Source of the DNA: Bdellovibrionota bacterium
Lineage (GTDB): Bacteria; Bdellovibrionota_C; UBA2361; OMII01
Assembly (NCBI GenBank): GCA_040398075.1
Contig: JBBAUR010000006.1
Coordinates: 22,318 to 86,317 of the forward strand
Direction of reading: 5' to 3'
DNA: 64,000 nucleotides
Positions 59,517-64,000 of the stretch are shown here, piece by piece. Positions within the stretch are counted from its first letter, which is position 1. The number at the start of each line of letters is the position of its first letter. Below the pieces are notes generated by a model. It saw nothing but the letters and a program-made list of their open reading frames with translations. It was not told where the DNA came from and searched no databases. Made by a program: the position numbers and the translations under genes.

Positions 59517-60404
59517 ATGTATCACGGTGACGCCGGACCTAACGACGAGTTCAAATTAAGTAATATCATCAAACAGGGTGTTTTCTGGTCAGTCCATGTT
59601 GCCTGTTTAGCAGCTCTGTGGGTGGGCTTCAGCTGGGTAGCTCTGGCGGTCTGTCTACTACTCTACTTTGTTCGCATGTTTGCGATAACAGGTGGCTATC
59701 ACCGTTATTTTTCTCACCGTTCATACCAAACGAGCCGTCCCTTCCAATTCGTCCTTGGATTTCTCGGAGCCAGTGCCGCCCAGAAGGGTCCGATCTGGTG
59801 GGCTTCTCACCATCGACACCACCACAGACATTCTGACACTGAGGAGGACATTCACTCTCCGATCATTCACGGAATTTACTATGCCCACGTAGGATGGGTA
59901 TTGGGCTCTCAGTTCATCGACTCGCGTCCTGAGCTCGTCAAGGACCTGACCAAGTTCCCTGAACTGCGCTGGCTGGACAAATACTACATGATTCCACCAG
60001 CTATCCTTGGAACACTTACCTATTTCCTAGGTGCTTGGCTGCAAACGGCCCACCCTGAGCTAGGAACCTCGGGTCTGCAGATGCTGACATGGGGCTTCTT
60101 CATCAGCACGGTCCTCGTCTACCACGGCACTTTTTGCATCAACTCATTTACCCACCTCATCGGGAAGCGTCGGTTTCCCTCGACTGATTCCAGTAAGAAT
60201 CACTGGTTCCTCGCACTCATCACGCTGGGAGAGGGCTGGCACAACAACCATCACTATTATCCGGGGTCCGAGCGACAAGGGTTCTATTGGTGGGAGATCG
60301 ATATATCGCATTACGTCCTGAAGGTTCTCTCATGGATGGGATTGGTATGGGATCTTAGAACACCTCCGCAGCGGGTGTACGAAGCGGCTCAACCCCTTCA
60401 CTAA
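59517..60404 (+). CDS. Acyl-CoA (stearoyl-CoA delta-9-like) membrane fatty acid desaturase
   Basis: Three His boxes HRYFSH, HHRHHHRHSD and HNNHHYYP. Four hydrophobic segments. Confidence 0.85.
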   Translation: MYHGDAGPNDEFKLSNIIKQGVFWSVHVACLAALWVGFSWVALAVCLLLYFVRMFAITGGYHRYFSHRSYQTSRPFQFVLGFLGASAAQKGPIWWASHHRHHHRHSDTEEDIHSPIIHGIYYAHVGWVLGSQFIDSRPELVKDLTKFPELRWLDKYYMIPPAILGTLTYFLGAWLQTAHPELGTSGLQMLTWGFFISTVLVYHGTFCINSFTHLIGKRRFPSTDSSKNHWFLALITLGEGWHNNHHYYPGSERQGFYWWEIDISHYVLKVLSWMGLVWDLRTPPQRVYEAAQPLH

Positions 60405-60587
60405 TCAACTTAAGCTCTCAAAGGATTACTCAGCACCTAATTCCGATCATGGGAGTTTTTAGGGATTCCCGTATGCTCTGTTCTCAAGAGACGTTGAGCT
60501 CAAGTGAGGATTCGGTTGATTCCGCTCCTCACAAGTTACAGTCCCTGATAGCGTAATAGTTGTCATACAGTAACGGCTTAGCGTCTC

Positions 60588-60622
60588 GGGCCCGATCATC
60601 ATTTGGTGGTCGGGTTTTTTTT
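60588..60622 (+). terminator. Rho-independent terminator
   Basis: gggcccgatcatcatttggtggtcggg followed by tttttttt. Confidence 0.6.
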
Positions 60623-61032
60623 ACCTTGCGACCTGTTTCATTTGGGGTTTTGAGCGAGCCTTGACTCGATGAGCCTTAAAGAGCTCCACCTACACCGCTC
60701 GATTGCGCCTTGCCTGGTATAGCGTTTGGTTTCTTGTACGCTAACTTAAAGCCCTGGGCAGGGGATGACGCAACTCACTATGGCTGTGCGTGATTTTGTA
60801 TTTTGCCCTTAATTTCCGTCTATAGAAGCGCGCATAGCGCTAGAGGCCGTGGCTTTTGCCGCAGTGCGTTGCGCTGGCCCTGCTATTGCGAGTGAGTTTT
60901 TTAAAATCCTTTGATCTGGGTTTATACCCTAGGCTAAATACTATTTTGTTATTAGCATCTCTTATGATCACCTCTTAGGTGACCTGCAGGTGCCGAAATT
61001 GGTGATTTATAAATAGTCAAATGGGGATTGCT

Positions 61033-61515
61033 ATGAATAAAAAACTCGTTGCGTCGATGGTAGTAGTATGTGCTGCTGTGTTGAGTGTTGATTTTGCTCA
61101 CGCAGGTCGCAAATTTGGGCAGATTTATCGACAATGTGGGCTCGGTGCGATGATTGCATCAGACGATCCGACGTTGGCCTTGGTCTCTAACATCACCACG
61201 GACTTGGGCACTACTGCCATTCTGTCCAATGCTACTACCCCCGATACGTGTAAGGGTTCGAGCGCCAAGACAGCATTATTCATTCACGAGTCCTACGATG
61301 CGCTCGCTAGTGATCTTTCTCGTGGCCAGGGAAGGTACTTGGACTCCCTTGCAGCGCTCAACTCGTGGTCGGGGGAATCACAAAAGGTGATCACGGAACA
61401 CATTCGCGCTGATTTTGCCAAGGTCGTTGCCTCAAACGGCTACTCGGAGAAGAGTCGTCTCGACAAATCAGAGGCTCTCTTTGATATCGTCGAGAAACAT
61501 ATCGCTCAGTCATAA
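61033..61515 (+). CDS. Secreted hypothetical protein (signal peptide)
   Basis: MNKKLVASMVVVCAAVLSVDFAHA signal peptide followed by a hydrophilic 130-aa domain. Purine-rich gggg stretch upstream of the ATG. Confidence 0.6.
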   Translation: MNKKLVASMVVVCAAVLSVDFAHAGRKFGQIYRQCGLGAMIASDDPTLALVSNITTDLGTTAILSNATTPDTCKGSSAKTALFIHESYDALASDLSRGQGRYLDSLAALNSWSGESQKVITEHIRADFAKVVASNGYSEKSRLDKSEALFDIVEKHIAQS

Positions 61516-61567
61516 AGATACTGGATTCGAGAGGTCTCGAATCCTCATAGGTTCACGCCCGGGCAGC

Positions 61568-61781
61568 TTAACAGGCTGCGGAAAAATGCTCTTCTGCTGC
61601 GAAATCCGGTCTTTCGGAGCTGGTCGAAGATGAGAGCGCGAAAAAATCCTCAATGTATCGCAGACTTCGGCGAGCTGTAGTCGAGTCGTGGATACACCAG
61701 CGATTTTTTCGCGCTCTCATCCTCACCCATCACCAAAACCGCGAATTTCTCGCTACGAGGCCATTTTCCGCTGCCTGTTAA
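61568..61781. mobile_element. Composite MITE copy 3, inverted relative to copy 2
   Basis: ttaacaggctgcggaaaaatg...ccattttccgctgcctgttaa. Internal gatgagagcgcgaaaaaa...ttttttcgcgctctcatc. Reverse complement of copy 2 with a few mismatches. Confidence 0.8.
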
Positions 61782-61813
61782 GAAACTATCCGGGCTTTAT
61801 CTTTTTGTGCCCC

Positions 61814-63715
61814 TTGTCGACGCGGATACCTTTCAATGTCAGCACGTCGCTTTTCGCGACCTTCCTCTTCTTGGTTGTATGTCTCTCTGCTTTCGCTTCT
61901 CCGGTAGATGAAGTACTCGAGCTAGCTCGGGAGCGTAGCCTATCAAATCATCCACAGTGGCTCAGCCTGCTTCATCAAAAAAGTGGCGCTTCCTCTGACC
62001 GAATTATCTCAGCAGATTTCTATCTCTCTCCGCATGGCTCTACCGATCCAGAGTCTGAGCTCGAAGCTACTGTGCGAGCTCTCGAATCCTCCTGGGATGG
62101 GGACCCCAACAGACATCCCCGTTGCCGCTTCCCCGCGCGATACCTCTGGCTTGCGCGCCATATCTCTCTACCACACTACACACCACGAGATAAGCGCTGC
62201 ACTAATCTCGAGACGTGGGCTCTCATAGATGATCTCGATTCGGTGAGCCTCTACCTCATCGGCGGGTATTTCGGGAATCCAGCGTCGACGTTCGGGCATG
62301 CGGTGCTGAAGTTCAATTCGGGATCAAAAACCGATACGAATCCGCTCTTCGACGTAACCGTTGGTTTTGGTGCACTGGTCCCTGAGAATGAGTGGAGCGT
62401 CCGCTATATTCTCAAGGGCCTTTTTGGGGGATACAGCGCACGTTTTTTGGACAAATACTACTACGCACAGGACTTGGTCTATTCTCGGTCTGAATTCCGA
62501 GACATCTGGGACTTTCAATTGGCGCTCGCTCCCGATGATAGAGAATTACTCGTATTTCATGTCTGGGAGCTGTTAGGACACAACTTCAATTATTTTTTTC
62601 TCGATAGGAACTGTGCCTATAGACTCGCAGAGTTAATCGAGTTGGTAGTAGACACTCCGGTAGCTGAGGCGCATCTCGGGTGGTACGCTCCGGTGGATCT
62701 CTTCTTCGGCCTGCGAGACGCCGATAAAGCGCGCGCTACAAGGGGAGAATCTTCGCTCATTACCTCGGTCACATTCATTCCTTCAACTCAACGGACGCTG
62801 ATCCATCAACTTCGAAATCTGACCCCCTCACAGCGCAAGTTGTTCGAGGCAATCCTGACAGCGGGACCAGACTCAATTGAGCAACAGCTACGCACTATCG
62901 ACGTAAGGGAGAGAATAACGATCCTAGATGCCCTGCTCGCTCACGCCGATTATCGGATGACCGTACTGGGAGATGAGCACGAACCCTTTCATAAACTATT
63001 TCGGGATCGTGTCCTGCTGGCTAGGCTCCTTCTACCATCGAGCTCCGCGAAGCCAGAGCCGGTCCCCGAACTTCCATCTCCCACAGAGGGCTCACGCCCT
63101 TCTCGCGCCTATGTCGGCGTCGGGTGGGACAATCGTTCGGCATTCACCCGGCTCAATTGGTCGCCTTTTGCATGGGAGATAGTGGGTCAAAACAGCCTAG
63201 AGGGAGATGAACTCGTGGTATCGGACCTCACATTAGGTGTACTCCACGAAGAGGAGTCGCTCTTTGTAGACCGCTTCGACCTCCTCCGAATCATTAATTT
63301 CAACACCACTCCAGAGACCTCCGCGGACGCGAGTGGCGTGTCGTGGGAGCTGCGGCTTGGCTCAGAGCGCGTGCGCTATGAGGAGGGTGATCGTTATGAT
63401 GGAATACTCTCGCTTGGATTTGGTCGAGCAGCACAGCCGACTGAATCAATGATAGTTTACGGCATGGTCGATGGAGCGATACACACGCTCGAATCGTACG
63501 GCCGTATTCGCCCACACCTTGGCTTGCGCCTTGCGGCTGGTCCTAGTCGACTGTGGTTATACGGAGGGGTCGAATCGCAAGGGCAACTAGAGCGATATCG
63601 CGATGTATGGGGAGGTAAGGGTCAATATCAGATCTCTGCAGGAAGTGCTCTACAGTTCGAGATCAGTAATGAACGAGCGACGCGCTACAGCATTGGTATG
63701 AGCTGGTTTTTTTGA
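61814..63715 (+). CDS. Large secreted hypothetical protein (possibly DUF4105-like periplasmic domain)
   Basis: The track ORF begins at 61688 inside the MITE. The likely start is an in-frame TTG just after the MITE, giving signal peptide STRIPFNVSTSLFATFLFLVVCLSAFASP. No confident family assignment. Confidence 0.5.
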   Translation: MSTRIPFNVSTSLFATFLFLVVCLSAFASPVDEVLELARERSLSNHPQWLSLLHQKSGASSDRIISADFYLSPHGSTDPESELEATVRALESSWDGDPNRHPRCRFPARYLWLARHISLPHYTPRDKRCTNLETWALIDDLDSVSLYLIGGYFGNPASTFGHAVLKFNSGSKTDTNPLFDVTVGFGALVPENEWSVRYILKGLFGGYSARFLDKYYYAQDLVYSRSEFRDIWDFQLALAPDDRELLVFHVWELLGHNFNYFFLDRNCAYRLAELIELVVDTPVAEAHLGWYAPVDLFFGLRDADKARATRGESSLITSVTFIPSTQRTLIHQLRNLTPSQRKLFEAILTAGPDSIEQQLRTIDVRERITILDALLAHADYRMTVLGDEHEPFHKLFRDRVLLARLLLPSSSAKPEPVPELPSPTEGSRPSRAYVGVGWDNRSAFTRLNWSPFAWEIVGQNSLEGDELVVSDLTLGVLHEEESLFVDRFDLLRIINFNTTPETSADASGVSWELRLGSERVRYEEGDRYDGILSLGFGRAAQPTESMIVYGMVDGAIHTLESYGRIRPHLGLRLAAGPSRLWLYGGVESQGQLERYRDVWGGKGQYQISAGSALQFEISNERATRYSIGMSWFF

Positions 63716-63857
63716 GCGAGAGGAGCAATTCGCTGAATCGATGGCTCTCGAACGCGACAGGCCACTGTATCTGCTGAGCCTCTCGAGATACTCGCTCTAA
63801 AAGGGACGACATCCCTGAAGAGAAATGTCGTCCCCTCTGCATCGACATCAGTGACGA

Positions 63858-64000
63858 CTATGCGGCCTTGGAGGACCCCTGCTGTCGTTGCTGTGTGTGC
63901 TGCTGAGCCTCAGCAGCACCCTGTATCTGAATGCGCTTTGCTTGCGCCCGAGCTTGTTCAGTCTTCGGAAGCGTAATTGTCAGCAGGCCGCGATCGAATT
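63858..64000 (-). CDS. Small heat-shock protein (Hsp20 family), C-terminal fragment; the gene continues beyond the window
   Basis: Reverse-strand translation ends ...FDRGLLTITLPKTEQARAQAKRIQIQGAAEAQQ...*; GxLTITLPK is the conserved Hsp20 alpha-crystallin-domain end. Confidence 0.55.
   Translation of the reverse strand, partial: FDRGLLTITLPKTEQARAQAKRIQIQGAAEAQQHTQQRQQGSSKAA

Noticed and set aside
59517-60404. Desaturase as part of the glycan pathway (lipid A or acyl modification)
   Set aside because: It is a typical stand-alone membrane acyl-CoA delta-9-type desaturase with its own terminator and nothing linking it functionally to neighbouring genes.
1-64000. CRISPR arrays, rRNA genes, intact IS elements, transposases and integrases
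   Set aside because: No regularly spaced direct repeats, no rRNA-like conserved stretches, and no ORF with transposase or integrase motifs were seen. Only non-autonomous MITEs are present.

Overview
This 64 kb window is a Gram-negative, probably proteobacterial, chromosomal segment of moderately high GC in two parts. Bases 1-20.9 kb are syntenic housekeeping genes: a partial 5' ORF, pyrF, a Zn-aminopeptidase lipoprotein, pgpA, minCDE, a LapA/TPR membrane protein, gpmI, a comF-like phosphoribosyltransferase, mazG, csrA, ahcY, a GH5 lipoprotein, mpl, apaG, cmoB, a B12-binding/XRE regulator, a J-domain membrane protein and tRNA-Thr(CGU). Immediately 3' of the tRNA begins a roughly 36 kb accessory island of mosaic composition, with lower-GC patches by eye, devoted to unusual nucleotide-sugar and glycan biosynthesis. 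It contains a MITE-disrupted livK-like pseudogene, a GT61 transferase, lhgO, an rfbF-G-H CDP-deoxyhexose module, an SDR and a TPR protein, and a six-gene sugar-activation operon I cannot assign to a known pathway (HAD phosphatase, GatZ/KbaZ-like, NTF2-like, cupin, fused nucleotidyltransferase-kinase, AroE-like dehydrogenase). Further in are several DegT aminotransferases, Gfo/Idh/MocA oxidoreductases and hexapeptide acetyltransferases (a WbpB/E/D-like set), a split WbpG-HisH-HisF amidotransferase trio implying acetamidino sugars, an AsnB-like amidotransferase, and CgeB-, GT1- and GT-A-like transferases. The most unusual element is a fused TPP-dependent E1 alpha-beta dehydrogenase paired with a chimeric E2 in which a lipoyl domain and an E3-binding domain are joined to a PglD/NeuD hexapeptide sugar acetyltransferase. 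This suggests a CoA-independent route that delivers a 2-oxoacid-derived acyl group to an amino sugar on a lipoyl arm. No Wzx, Wzy, Wzz or priming transferase is present in the window. Three copies of a TTAA-flanked MITE occur, two of them composite with a second nested MITE. Copy 1 interrupts the livK remnant, and copies 2 and 3 lie in inverted orientation bracketing about 33 kb of the glycan genes. A G8 homopolymer sits in a divergent promoter between two glycan operons. The right end carries an erythromycin-esterase-family gene, an acyl-CoA desaturase, two secreted hypothetical proteins and a partial hsp20. No rRNA and no CRISPR array were found.
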